From Macrostomum lignano (lineage: Eukaryota): 64,000 nt of DNA. Numbering within the stretch: the first letter of the stretch is position 1; the number at the start of each line of letters is the position of its first letter. Positions 47,698-63,885 of this stretch are shown here, one piece after another. The stretch lies in assembly GCA_002269645.1 (NCBI GenBank), contig NIVC01001344.1, forward strand, positions 124,001-188,000, read 5' to 3'. The translations under genes were made by a program, and so were the position numbers. Below the pieces are notes generated by a model. It saw only the letters and a list, made by a program, of their open reading frames with translations, had not been told where the DNA came from and did not search any database.

Positions 47698-48062
47698 TCA
47701 CTCACTCACTCACTCATTCACTCATTAACTCATGAACTCACCCATGAACTCACTCATGAACTCACTCATGAACTCACCCATGAACTCACTCATGAACTCA
47801 CCCATGAACTCACTCATGAACTCACTCATGAACTCACCCATGAACTCACTCATGAACTCACCCATGAACTCACTCATGAACTCACCCATGAACTCACTCA
47901 TGAACTCACCCATGAACTCACTCATGAACTCACCCATGAACTCACCCATGAACTCACCCATGAACTCACTCATGAACTCACTCATGAACTCACCCATGAA
48001 CTCACCCATGAACTCACTCATGAACTCACCCATGAACTCACTCATGAACTCACTCATGAATT
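47698..48062. repeat. (CACT)n/(GAACTCACYCAT)n array
   Basis: Direct reading. Confidence 0.9.
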
Positions 48063-48161
48063 CACGAACTAACCAGCAGAGTTATGAATTCAGTAAGTCA
48101 CTCTCTTACCACAATTTACTGAGAACCTTCACCTCAGGAGTTAACCAGAAGTTAACTAACT

Positions 48162-48234
48162 CACCCCAGGAGCGACTCGAACCCTCAACCTCCAGATTAA
48201 AAGACCAAAGCGCTATCCATTGCGCCACTGGGGC
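48162..48234 (-). pseudogene. tRNA-Arg-derived pseudogene with TTT anticodon
   Basis: Same sequence as 23346-23418. Confidence 0.85.
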
Positions 48235-48617
48235 TGCCGGGTGACTGCCATTTTAGCGTTAGATTTTCACAAATTGATTAAATTAAATTTGAATTGATTA
48301 AATTGATTGGTAAACAAACTGGTCTGCTACATGCATTGCCCATCTAACCATGGCCTTCTCTCTGCCTTTAATAATCTCAGCTCACTTCTGTAAGTTCTGC
48401 ACACTGACTGAGTGACTGACTGACTCAGTGGGGACCAGCCTGCAGTGGGGATTCAGCTCATGGGGATGGGGATCTCATGGGGACTGAGTATTATCAGTTA
48501 CTGGAAAGCTGGCAGTACGAGAACTTCACAGCATTTGACAAAGCAACTCATGAACCGCCTCGCAAAATCCACTTTTGCCTACCCTTCTCTGCCCTGCCTC
48601 CTAGATTTTCCTCTCTC

Positions 48618-49095
48618 CCCCTGTCACTCTCCCACCCTGTCACTCTCCCACCCTGTCACTCTCCCACCCTGTCACTCTCTCCGGCCCTGTCACTCTCCCA
48701 CCCTGTCACTCTTCCACCCTGTCACTCTCCCACCCTGTCACTCTCCCACCCAGTCACTCTCCCCCCTGTCACTCTCCCACCCTGTCACTCTCCCACCCTG
48801 TCACTCTCCCACCCTGTCACTCTCCCACCCTGTCACTCTCCCACCCTGTCACTCTCCCACCCGGTCACTCTCCCACCCAGTCACTCTCCCACCCTGTCAC
48901 TCTCCCACCCTGTCACTCTCCCACCCTGTCACTCTCCCACCCTGTCACTCTCCCACCCGGTCACTCTCCCACCCTGTCACTCTCCCACCCTGTCACTCTC
49001 CCACCCTGTCACTCTCCCACCCTGTCACTCTCCCACCCTGTCACTCTCCCACCCTGTCACTCTCCCACCCTGTCACTCTCCCACCCTGTCACTCC
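48618..49095. repeat. 16-bp minisatellite (CCCTGTCACTCTCCCA)n
   Basis: Reverse complement of the 2236 array. Confidence 0.95.
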
Positions 49096-49570
49096 GGTTG
49101 ATGATTTCGTCTGCTATGTTCCCGATCTTGTTCTGGAGAAAAGAGAGAGGTAAGAAAGGAAGAGGTAGAGAGAAAGGAAGAGAGGTAAGGAGGAAGGGGG
49201 AAATTAGAATATAGAAGAGAAGAGCGGAGAAAGGAGAGGAGAGGAGAGGAGAGAGGAGAGGATAGAGAGAAGAGAGGAGAGAGGAGAGGAGAAAGAGAGG
49301 AGAGACATGGAGAAGACACTAAGAAGGGATCGAAGAAAATCCGGAAGGAATTTGGATGGGATGGGATGACTTCAAACGCGAGAAGCAAACTCCCATTCAT
49401 TCAAGTACTTTATTCCCTTCTCAACTTCAGCAATTTTTAACAATAAAAATCAATACAATAAATTCCAAATCATCCCAAAATCATCCCGATTTCACCCCAA
49501 CAACAAACAGCGGATGCAGTCGAGATGACAGCATGGCATGAACTCAACATATCTGAGTGATTGACCGCCT

Positions 49571-49668
49571 CAGCCAATGACAGGAGGGCATCATAGCCCA
49601 GCTTATCCGAGCTCAGCTTCCCATTGGCGGGAGATGAGGCGGGGCTCAGTGAGACAAAGACTATATAA
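49571..49668 (+). promoter_or_regulatory. Gene X copy D promoter
   Basis: CCAAT at 49574 and TATATAA at 49662. Confidence 0.65.
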
Positions 49669-49753
49669 CCAGCCTGCGCTGCTGGCCTCGAATCTCTCAA
49701 AGCATTCGCTTGCCATCCAACTGCTGCTCGTCAATAACTCTGCACAATCGGTC

Positions 49754-50596
49754 ATGCAGCCGCCAAGCTCATCACCGCTGCTGGCCTCGCTGAGGTCCCC
49801 GCAGATGTCCTCGCTGACGTCCTCGCCTATGGCCTCGCTGACGGGCTCAATGAACTGCTCGCTGACGTCCCGATGCCTCTTGAAGCCATCGAGCTCATCA
49901 CCACTGATGGCCTCGTTGATGTCCGGATTCTTCCCCACGCCGATGTCTCCGACAATGCTGATGCCTCCGACGATGCCGATGTCTCCGACAATGCCGATAC
50001 CTCCGACAATGCCGATGCCTCCGACAATGCCGATACCTCCGACAATGCTGAAGCCTCCGACAATGCCGATGCCTCCGACAATGCCGATGTCTCCGACAAT
50101 GCCGATGTCTCCGACAATGCCGATGCCTCCGACAATGCCGAAGCCTCCGACAATGCCGATGCCTCCGACAATGCCGATGCCTCCGACATCCCAGCTGCCT
50201 CCGCCAGCGTCAACGCCGATGCCGTTCCCGGTGCCATCGCCGACGCCGCGAAGCTGCGGTTCAAAGCGCGGCTCCCTGACCTGCTGCCTGCCTCGCTGCT
50301 CCGGGACGGTGGCGGCCAGCGTGGCGCGGCTGCAGCGCCACATCGCTCGCCACGTTGACGTCGACGGGAACTGCGAGCTCTGCGCCGACTGCTCCGTGCT
50401 GCTGCCGCCGCTGCGGCCGATTCGGCCGACGCCGAAGCTGTCAGAACGGCAGCGTCACGTGATCAGTCACGTGAACCAGCAGCTGCTCTTAGCCGGTGTC
50501 AGGCGCTCCTTCGGCTGCGGCAGCTGCGGCAGGGTCTTCATTCGGGCCGGCAGCGCCAGGAAGCACAACCTGGTGTGCAGGCGGGCTCGAGCATGA
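49754..50596 (+). CDS. Gene X copy D (280 aa), fingers intact
   Basis: C-terminal finger region identical in protein to copy 0. Confidence 0.7.
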   Translation: MQPPSSSPLLASLRSPQMSSLTSSPMASLTGSMNCSLTSRCLLKPSSSSPLMASLMSGFFPTPMSPTMLMPPTMPMSPTMPIPPTMPMPPTMPIPPTMLKPPTMPMPPTMPMSPTMPMSPTMPMPPTMPKPPTMPMPPTMPMPPTSQLPPPASTPMPFPVPSPTPRSCGSKRGSLTCCLPRCSGTVAASVARLQRHIARHVDVDGNCELCADCSVLLPPLRPIRPTPKLSERQRHVISHVNQQLLLAGVRRSFGCGSCGRVFIRAGSARKHNLVCRRARA

Positions 50597-51397
50597 GTTG
50601 GCTGTTTTTGTCTATTGCTTGTTTTTGTCTTTTGCTTGTTGTTCTTTTTTGCCGTTTGCTTGTTTTTGTCTTTAGCTTGTTTTTGTCTCTTGCTTGTTTC
50701 TTTTGTAACTGTTGATTTTGCTGGCCCGCTTTTTCAATGTACAAAATACAAAACTTACAAAAATATTTTCCGCCGTTGTACAGACTGAGAAAAATATTTG
50801 TAAATCATAGTTTAAGATTTTCTTTACTTTGCATTCATATTAGTAAAAGATGTGCGCAATTGACTACTTATAGAATCACTGCAGAAATCATGCTGAATAT
50901 GAAATTAGTGAATTTATGGAAATGTATCCCCCACTTGCCCCGGGCGAACGTCTGTGGTCTCAGTGTAAATTTCATTTATTTGCATCGGTGCAAATAAACG
51001 GTTTATTTCACTCGCCCAAAGACAATATTAAAACGCTGTTTCTAACTGCTCACTTGGCTACATAGAGAGAATTGTCTGAAACATTCACCGCATGTCTGAA
51101 TCTGCAGAATATGGTATAGAAATTCTGCTATAGACCATAGACATCGAATCATTTTTAATAAATTGTCTTAACATTCTCAAATGTGGAGCCCCCACACCCC
51201 CGCAAGGAGGCTAAGCGCCCCCTTGGCCCCGCTTTCCCTGTTACCATTTATTGATAGTTGCCCTACGTGTTGATTTCTCGAGTTTTGTGCCAGATGCAAG
51301 CTGTAGACACGGCTGTGGGATGGCGATGGCAAGACAGTCTACGGTGCGATAAACATAAAGTTGTGGTTTCATTTATGAACAAAAAAGTAGCACTCAA

Positions 51398-51470
51398 TAC
51401 CCCAGGAGGGACTCGAACCCTCAACCTCCGGATTAGAAGTCCGACGCGCTATCCATTGCGCCACTGGGGC
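51398..51470 (-). tRNA. trnR-UCU: tRNA-Arg(TCT), intact
   Basis: Full cloverleaf, T6 downstream. Confidence 0.95.
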
Positions 51471-52322
51471 TTCGGTAGTTGACAAGCGAGTTTTCAACTT
51501 TAATTCTGAATTGCTTTGCCTGCTGAAAGCGGAGACTTCAATGGTGAGTAGCAGAAAGTCTTGAGCAGCTGTTTCGCTATTAGACTCAGAAAAAAAAATT
51601 GAGTAAGTTGGAGTCAACTTTAGCGTGCTCAATAATTTGTTCACGAGTTGAAAGAGTCGGTTGGGCAACACCTCTGGTTCTGCAGAGCAGCTGTCGAGTT
51701 CGGAAAAAAAAATGTTTCTTCAAAAATTTTTGTTCAAGAATAGCTTACTATTATCTAGACTCGCTTATCTTAGATCTGCTAATGTCTGAATTGCGGCTTT
51801 GGAGAAGGGCTGGCACCCCAGGCTCTGGCTGCAGGCCTCCCTGCCCCATCCCAGCAACCGGCGCACCCAGTTCGGCTCGGCATCTCCGCTGGTTGCCAGG
51901 CGAATCGGCACAACTCGAACTGGGCTGTGCGAACACCTGGAGAGCTGAGTCGGCCTGAGCATCTCGCTGCATCATGGGCTGCTCCCAGGTGTCTCCAGCT
52001 GCTGCACAGCGGACCGCACCGCTTCGGCTGTCGGTTGCCGGGCGGCGGCCCCACAGAGGTGCGAAACTCGAGGGCGAGACAGCTGGGGACTTCGGTGTGA
52101 AAGCGGGTTCAGAGCCACAACAATCCCGCTTGGAAACCGCTCACTCACTCATGAACGCATAACTTAAAAACTTCTGAACTGATTCACTCATGAACTCATT
52201 CATGAACTCGCATGTCTAGTAATATTTCAGGAATTTAAAGTATGTAATCTGTTTTTTACCACAACTGACTGAAAACTTTAAAAACAAAAGTTCATTTATT
52301 TGTTGCAAAAATGAACTTAATA

Positions 52323-52395
52323 CACCCCAGGAGGGACTCGAACCCTCAACCTCCGGATTAGAAGTCCGACGCGCTATCCATTGCGCCACTGGGGC
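52323..52395 (-). tRNA. trnR-UCU: tRNA-Arg(TCT), intact (inverted paralogue of the 13375-type locus)
   Basis: Full cloverleaf, discriminator G; 5' flank matches the reverse complement of about 13260-13374. Confidence 0.95.
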
Positions 52396-52639
52396 TGGTG
52401 TTAATCCGTTCCCATTGCAGTATTTAAGATTTAACTGTGAATTTCAGTGAGCTCACACAGCAGGTGTTTAAAGTGGAAAGAAGTTTTCATGGCAGATTGA
52501 GAGCCTTGGGATTGGAGGGAGGGAGAGGGTCACAGATCTGCACTGAGAGATGACTGCCAAATGAACTTGAAATTGGTGAATTATCAATCAAAAATAGTTT
52601 CATCCCCTTTTTTCCAGTTCCCCCTTGCCTTTTCTCCCC

Positions 52640-52950
52640 TTTCCTGTGTCTACCGTCTCCTCGTCTCCTCTCTCCTCTCCCGTGTGTGCTGTCTCATGTC
52701 TACCATCTCCTCTCTGCTCTCCCGTGTGTGCTGTCTCATGTCTACCATTTCCTCTCCCGTGTGTGCTGTCTCATGTCTACCATCTCCTCTCTGCTCTCCC
52801 GTGTGTGCTGTCTCATGTCTACTATCTCCTCTCTGCTCTCCCGTGTGTGCTGTCTCATGTCTACTATCTCCTCTCTGCTCTCCCGTGTGTGCTGTCTCAT
52901 GTCTACTATCTCCTCTCTGCTCTCCCGTGTGTGCTGTCTCATGTCTGCCA
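52640..52950. repeat. 42-bp minisatellite, inverted relative of the 35-bp family
   Basis: CTCCCGTGTGTGCTGTCTCATGTCTACYATCTCCTCTCTGCT. Confidence 0.85.
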
Positions 52951-53169
52951 CTCCTCTCTCTTTCCGTCTGCCAAAAAGTTAACGATTCAGCATTGCTGAG
53001 CTCTCATTGGCTGCGGGGTGCCCGCCCGACCGTTCTACTTCCACTGAATACTCTTAAATCAAATAGGAAGAATTGAATAACGCTTAACGTGCTGATAAGT
53101 TGGGGTGCTGAGGCATCAGCAAATATTATTTTTTCAAATAGATGTTTCTTTCAAATTTTATCACATCTA

Positions 53170-53990
53170 GATTTATATTCCCACAGTTCACACAATCCCC
53201 ACAGCTCACACAATTCTCGCAGTTCACACCATCCCCACAGTTCACACCATCCCCACAGTTCACACCATCCCCACAGTTCACACCATCCCCACAGTTCACA
53301 CCATCCCCACAGTTCACACCATCCCCACAGTTCACACCATCCCCACAGTTCACACCATCCCCACAGTTCACACAATCCCCACAGTTCACACAATTCTCAC
53401 AGTTCACACGATTCCCACAGTTCACACAATTCTCACAGTTCACACGATTCCCACAGTTCACACAATTCTCACAGCTCACACAAATCTCTCAGTTCACACA
53501 AATCCCTCAGTTCACACGATTCCCACAGTTTACACAATTCTCACAGTTCACACAATTCTCACAGTTTACACAATACTCACAGTTCACACAATTCTCACAG
53601 TTCACACGATTCCCACAGTTTACACAATTCTCACAGTTCACACAATCCCCACAGTTCACACAATTCTCACAGTTCACACAATCCCCACAGTTCACACAAT
53701 TCTCACAGTTCACACAATTCCCATAGTTCACACAATTCTCACAGTTCACACAATCCCCACAGTTCACACAATTCTCACAGTTCACACAATTCCCATAGTT
53801 CACACAATCCCCACAGTTCACACAATTCTCACAGTTCACACAATTCCCATAGTTCACACCATCCCCACAGTTCACACAATCCCCACAGTTCACACAATTC
53901 TCACAGTTCACACAATCCTCACAGTTCACACAATTCCCACAGTTCACACAATTCCCATAGTTCACACAATCCCCACAGTTCACACAACGT
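53170..53990. repeat. 18-bp minisatellite (CCCCACAGTTCACACMAT)n
   Basis: Direct reading. Confidence 0.95.
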
Positions 53991-53999
53991 ATCAAGTCT

Positions 54000-55000
54000 C
54001 GTAATCTCACTCTATCAACACTCATATAATCTCACCGGATCAACTCTCACAATTTCACTCTATTAACTCTCACAATCTCACCCGATCAACTCTCAATCTC
54101 ACCCGATCAACTCCCATAATCTCACTCTATCAACTCTAAATCTCACTTTATCAACTCTCACAATCTTACTCTATCGAGTCTCACAATCTTACTCTATCGA
54201 GTCTCACAATCTCACTCTATCGAGTCTCACAATCTTACTCTATCGAGTCTCACAATCTCACTCTATCGAGTCTCACAATCTTACTCTATCGAGTCTCACA
54301 ATCTTACTCTATCGAGTCTCACAATCTCACTCTATCGAGTCTCACAATCTTACTCTATCGAGTCTCACAATCTTACTCTATCGAGTCTCACAATCTCACT
54401 CTATCGAGTCTCACAATCTTACTCTATCGAGTCTCACAATCTCACTCTATCGAGTCTCACAATCTTACTCTATCGAGTCTCACAATCTTACTCTATCGAG
54501 TCTCACAATCTTACTCTATCGAGTCTCACAATCTTACTCTATCGAGTCTCACAATCTTACTCTATCGAGTCTCACAATCTTACTCTATCGAGTCTCACAA
54601 TCTTACTCTATCGAGTCTCACAATCTCACTCTATCGAGTCTCACAATCTTACTCTATCGAGTCTCACAATCTTACTCTATCGAGTCTCACAATCTTACTC
54701 TATCGAGTCTCACAATCTTACTCTATCGAGTCTCACAATCTCACTCTATCGAGTCTCACAATCTCACTCTATCGAGTCTCACAATCTTACTCTATCGAGT
54801 CTCACAATCTCACTCTATCGAGTCTCACAATCTCACTCTATCGAGTCTCACAATCTCACTCTATCGAGTCTCACAATCTCACTCTATCGAGTCTCACAAT
54901 CTTACTCTATCGAGTCTCACAATCTCACTCTATCGAGTCTCACAATCTCACTCTATCGAGTCTCACAATCTCACTCTATCGAGTCTCACAATCTCACTCA
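54000..55000. repeat. 23-bp minisatellite (TCTCACAATCTYACTCTATCGAG)n
   Basis: Direct reading; degenerate at the left end. Confidence 0.95.
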
Positions 55001-55570
55001 ATCAGTCTCACTCTCACACACCGAACTTAAAATAAGCATCACTTTCTGTTGCAATAGTAGATCATATAAGCGGTAGAGAAATCAGCATTTCAAATCTCAA
55101 GCGATCGTGTTGTGGCTCTAAGCATCAATACGAGCCTAAGATTGTAAAACCCGCGATTTGTCAAAGCTTTGGTAGATGATTATTTGCCAATATAAGCTCT
55201 ACAGGTTCTCAAGCGCTCGAAATGTCGGAAGCAGTTTGAAGAGTAAAAAACTCGAAACTCGCATTGGCAATGTTTGACCGTTTTGTGCTAGCGAGCTAGC
55301 AAGCAAGTCTTACATTTTCTAGGGGTCTATTTCTATAGTTTGAAAGCCGCGCACAAAATGTTGCATTGAGAAAGTCGAGCCCAAATGGCAGCAGAAAACA
55401 CACTGATGTGTGCGTTCAGTCTCTCTGTCGGTCCAAGTGCACACGTTTTAGACAAGACAGAGAAATAATATAGAAGAGCAGAGGGAATGCGGGAGAGGTA
55501 CACAGACACACACACAGATTGCTGCATCACAAACTAATTCAGCTATTAAGTTTAGATAGGAAAAGGAGGC

Positions 55571-55576
55571 TATAAA
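55571..55576 (+). promoter_or_regulatory. TATAAA box upstream of gene Y
   Basis: GGCTATAAAG, about 275 bp before the ATG; a 5' UTR intron is possible. Confidence 0.4.
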
Positions 55577-55846
55577 GCGACGCCCTCCATTCTCTCTCTC
55601 TCCCCTGACTCAAGCCCAGCAACCCTGCATTCCAAGAGAGCTCTTCCTGCCGCCAGTGAGCAGTTCAACTTCACCCTTCACCTTCGCTTGCTCATATTCT
55701 AGTTTAACCGCTTTGTTCACTTCTTGAAATTAATTCTAGACTAATTGCCTCCGCACTTCTGCTGGCAGGTACATTTGAGGCCTACAGATTTTTAACAAGG
55801 CCAAGTTTTCCAGGCTTAGCCGCTCTGCCTGTTTGGGCTTCGGGCC

Positions 55847-60225
<4,379 letters not shown>

Positions 60226-61273
60226 TGCTTCTGCTGATTTGATTTTTTGCCATTAAGATATTGCTAATATATATAGCTGCTGTGCAGGCACGCTATGGCC
60301 ATTACATGCACTGTTAAAAAGACATTCAACACCGTTCACTTCATGAGAATATATAAATAAAATTTATATAGCGCCTAAAATAATACTGCGCTGCAAAAGT
60401 ACACCACTGCGAAAATAAGAGCACCATTTTCGTCGTAATAAAGAGATATAACCCAACGCCTTTGTGGAGCTCATTAGCGTTTTTCATTTTCATTGCACAT
60501 CTCAAAAAAGTCGACCGAACTACTTAATTTACTACAGGCTGCACATGTACATGTAAGCTGACTGACATTTACAGGGGTGTACTCGCAATATAGTGGACCC
60601 AATTGTGAGCGACTTATTAATTTATATAGTTGTCCTTCTAAAAGCAGCTGTAGCCTATGAAGTATTGTACATGTTGAAATTTATGTATATATGTACAAGC
60701 TACATGATGTAGTACTTCAGCTAGGGTTTAAAAGTCTACAGGTTCGCGACAAGAATTACGCATGCAGTCGCCGTATAGGCCCTAGTGGGAAATCGGATTC
60801 AGGTTTTAGAATCATAATATTGAAGGCGTAGCAGCTACCATTGACAAGTTTTTGCAGTGAAACAGAAGCTCTGCGGCCTTAAACTGCATGCAACACGATT
60901 GAAAAATGAAAAATGAACATGTCGAAGAAAAAAGCAAGGACGACTAAAACTGGGTAAAAATGGCCAATCACTGCCGTTGAAGACATCGGTTAAGCTGTGA
61001 ATAATAGTTTGACTGAAACAATGTTGCTATTATGACAACAATATAAGTACTATATCCACTATTGTCACTTAACTTATCGGACTGAAAAAGTCCTGACCAA
61101 CTCGTGCAATAATTATAAAGGCACCCTGAATATAAATAAAATTGAAAGATAATATATAATATAATTTATCTGCTTTGCTGAGAGTTTTTATAGGCTTCTC
61201 TGGATAAAAAATGAAGTTATTTACAAACTATTGGTTATATTAAGAGCTTCTCAAGTTAAAATATATTTTCATA

Positions 61274-61632
61274 GGGTCTCCCTAAAACACGCACCGCACC
61301 GCCCCGAACCACTACACATTATAACATTTTTTGTCAATGCAGTATTTGATTGCAAAGAAAACTATTTGTTGTACGAGTAATGGAATAAATATCTTTAATT
61401 ATTATTATAAATATTGTTATTATTTTTTATATTCTCGTTTTCATTATTAAATTATATTATTAATAATATCACTTATTATTCACCGAATTTTATATTTCAT
61501 AGTAAAAAACTTAATTTAATAAAAACTTTGAAGCTTAACAGAAAACGCATTTTAAAGTGTCTTCAGTTATAGTCCAATTTGTTTTAATGTGTAGCGCTGC
61601 AGGGCGGTGCGGGGCGTGTTTTAGGGAGACCC
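61274..61632. mobile_element. 359-bp MITE with 9-bp TSD (Mutator-like or Merlin-like)
   Basis: 31-bp TIR GGGTCTCCCTAAAACACGCMCCGCACCGCCC (one mismatch), TSD ATTTTCATA on both sides, AT-rich interior. Confidence 0.85.
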
Positions 61633-62273
61633 ATTTTCATAGAAACTTGATCTGCTTAGCTCAGCTCAAGCTCTAGCTCAGTAACCTCAGCATTCAGCAA
61701 CCTGTCCTGTAGTTGGAAAGATTCGGAACGGGTTTAATTGGGAACAGGTTTTTATTTAAAGCAATTACATAGCCTACTGTAATCCATGTTAGGTCTTTAG
61801 GCAACTTTATTCGCTCATAATTACTGACTGTCTGCTGTCATTGACACTGACAGTGACAGTGGAATGTGTAGGCCCCCTAAAACTTTATAGATGGGTATTG
61901 GTTGTTCTCAAATTTCTTATGTAAAATTAAGCTAAGCACATATTTAATCTAAGTTCTTTGCTGCAAAAATATAAAAAATACATTGATTTGCAATTTTCCA
62001 TTGGCACTTTGGGAAATGGTCTTTAAGAAATCTTTGCCTAACATAAATAAAATAGCAAATCTAGACATTGGATATTCATAAAAATATTATATAAAAACTG
62101 AAAAAATAAATCAAAATAACTTTGTTAGCCTTTTTAATGTGGAGCTTAGGCCTATGAGTTTTATTATATTTCAGATTAAAGTCAGGGATAGGTTTTGAAG
62201 AGAATCTAGAAAATTAAGTTTATTTTTACATCAATAATATACTATATAGATTGATAAAATGTCTTAAAAATAT

Positions 62274-63398
62274 GGCAATCCTTCAGATTCCCGCTCTAAA
62301 TTATTTTGACCCCATTTTCAAACTTTTTAGACTCCCGAGGCAACGAAAATGAGTTATAGAGGTTAAAGAAGTTCAAGTTCAAGTTCGGACTACATGGGGT
62401 AGTAGTGCGTAATCCAGTAGAGGATATTGCCAAATTGCTGTTTGGGAAAAGCTTGGCGCCACATGAATTCTTGCAGGTATATGTTGAACAAATTTTCACT
62501 GGTCCCGTGCATAGCTCAAAATTTGGCTTTGCAATGGGTCTACATTCCCTTGATGGTTTTCATGTATGCTTCAGGGTTGTTAGGGTCCCTGAAGTGCAGC
62601 AAATGGTTGACCATTAGGTGGTTGGCCAACATGTTATACATGGCCCATTGGTCCATTATAATGTGTTCCTGGGAGCACAGTTTGGTTGATGATCGACAGT
62701 AGGCTGTTAGTGGATCTGTTGGGAACAGCAGCCATTGAGCATGCCCTGTCTTTTGACAAGACCAAGCACCCAATGACCTTCACAATACTGGCCCTGATGG
62801 TACTTGCGGTGCATAAACTTGCTCTTGTCTATTTCAACATTGACACCTAGGCCACCAAGCTGCATTAGGTGATCCACGAGGTACATTGCGCGGAAATATC
62901 GCAGATGAAGTTGAGCCAGTCAATGACTGCTTCCCATCCTATCTGCGCGTCATTCATGATATCTGTTGCCCACAGGTTCTTTGACCAGAAATACACAATG
63001 TCAATGAGTTGGAGCAGCAACAGATAGTTCCCTTCAAAGAAGGAGCCCTTCCAAATTGAGTAGTGGCACTTGTACTTTTTACAGGACCAGCGCCAGCCAT
63101 CAATGGAGTCCATGCTAGCATGGCACTGGAGTGCCATGGCAACATTGCATGTGTCACGTTCTGCTATTAGCAAGCAGGTAGTGTCTTGCCATCCATTGCA
63201 TGGCTTCGTCAATGTCTGGCACTAGTGCAACCAATTCTTGGTAGGTGACTTCAATGTCGCATAGCAGTATACTGTTGATGACTTCGGCAGCAGGCACGAT
63301 AGATAGCGGCACTCTAGGTTGGCTAGCCATTCAGTCAGTAGCTGAAAAGTTCAAAAATAGGGTCAAAATAATTTAGAGAGGGAATCCAAAGGATTGCC
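62274..63398 (-). mobile_element. Merlin (IS1595/IS1016-related) DNA transposon, degenerate
   Basis: ~55-bp imperfect TIRs starting GGCAATCC; 8-bp TSD AAAAATAT/AAAAATAC; internal transposase remnant. Confidence 0.85.
62390..63330 (-). pseudogene. Merlin DDE transposase pseudogene (frameshifts and stops)
   Basis: Motifs across frames: DGWRWSC..SIWKGSFF, VIDWLNF, GGLGVNVEIDKSKF..RKY..G..HWV, VPNRS..LL.II...VLPGT, DQW..Y, VNH...F.DP, YLQEFMWR. Confidence 0.85.
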
Positions 63399-63490
63399 AA
63401 AAATACCTACATGAGATATAGAAATTGATCATACTCTATACATTGGGTAGCAAGTCAATTTGCCAAAAGTTATTTTGCCAAACAATTAAA

Positions 63491-63885
63491 CATGCCAGAC
63501 TAGAAGGAGCCAAACAAGATAAAGCAGTGTTTGCAAAAAAGCAGGCAGTGGCTGAGAGAGTGGATCCCAATGGAATCAAGTGAAGCATTTATTTATTTGT
63601 TTAAATGAGTTTCTATTTATTGGTTCATAAGAAGAATTTAAAAAATTAAGAAATAATGGCAAAGACAAGATGGGCTAGGTACATAGGCTTTAAGCTAGCC
63701 AGCATGGTCAATACCCCTACACCTCAACCCCTGCCAAAGTACAGAGACATATACAGCAACACCCCCTAGCACCTTTAACATACCTTACTTAGAGAGTAAA
63801 AATTGCATCAAGCATGCCAGAAGGAGCCAAACAAGACAAAGCAGTTGCAAAAAAGTAGGCAATGGCCTGAGAAAGTGGATCCCAA
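63491..63885. repeat. Pair of ~80-bp diverged direct repeats (63491-63570, 63813-63885)
   Basis: CATGCCAGA..GAAGGAGCCAAACAAGA.AAAGCAG...GCAAAAAAG...GTGGATCCCAA occurs twice. Confidence 0.7.

Noticed and set aside
60480-60920. Short inverted match TTTTTCATTTTTCA / TGAAAAATGAAAAA
   Set aside because: Only about 14 bp of low-complexity sequence, with no TSD or extended TIR.
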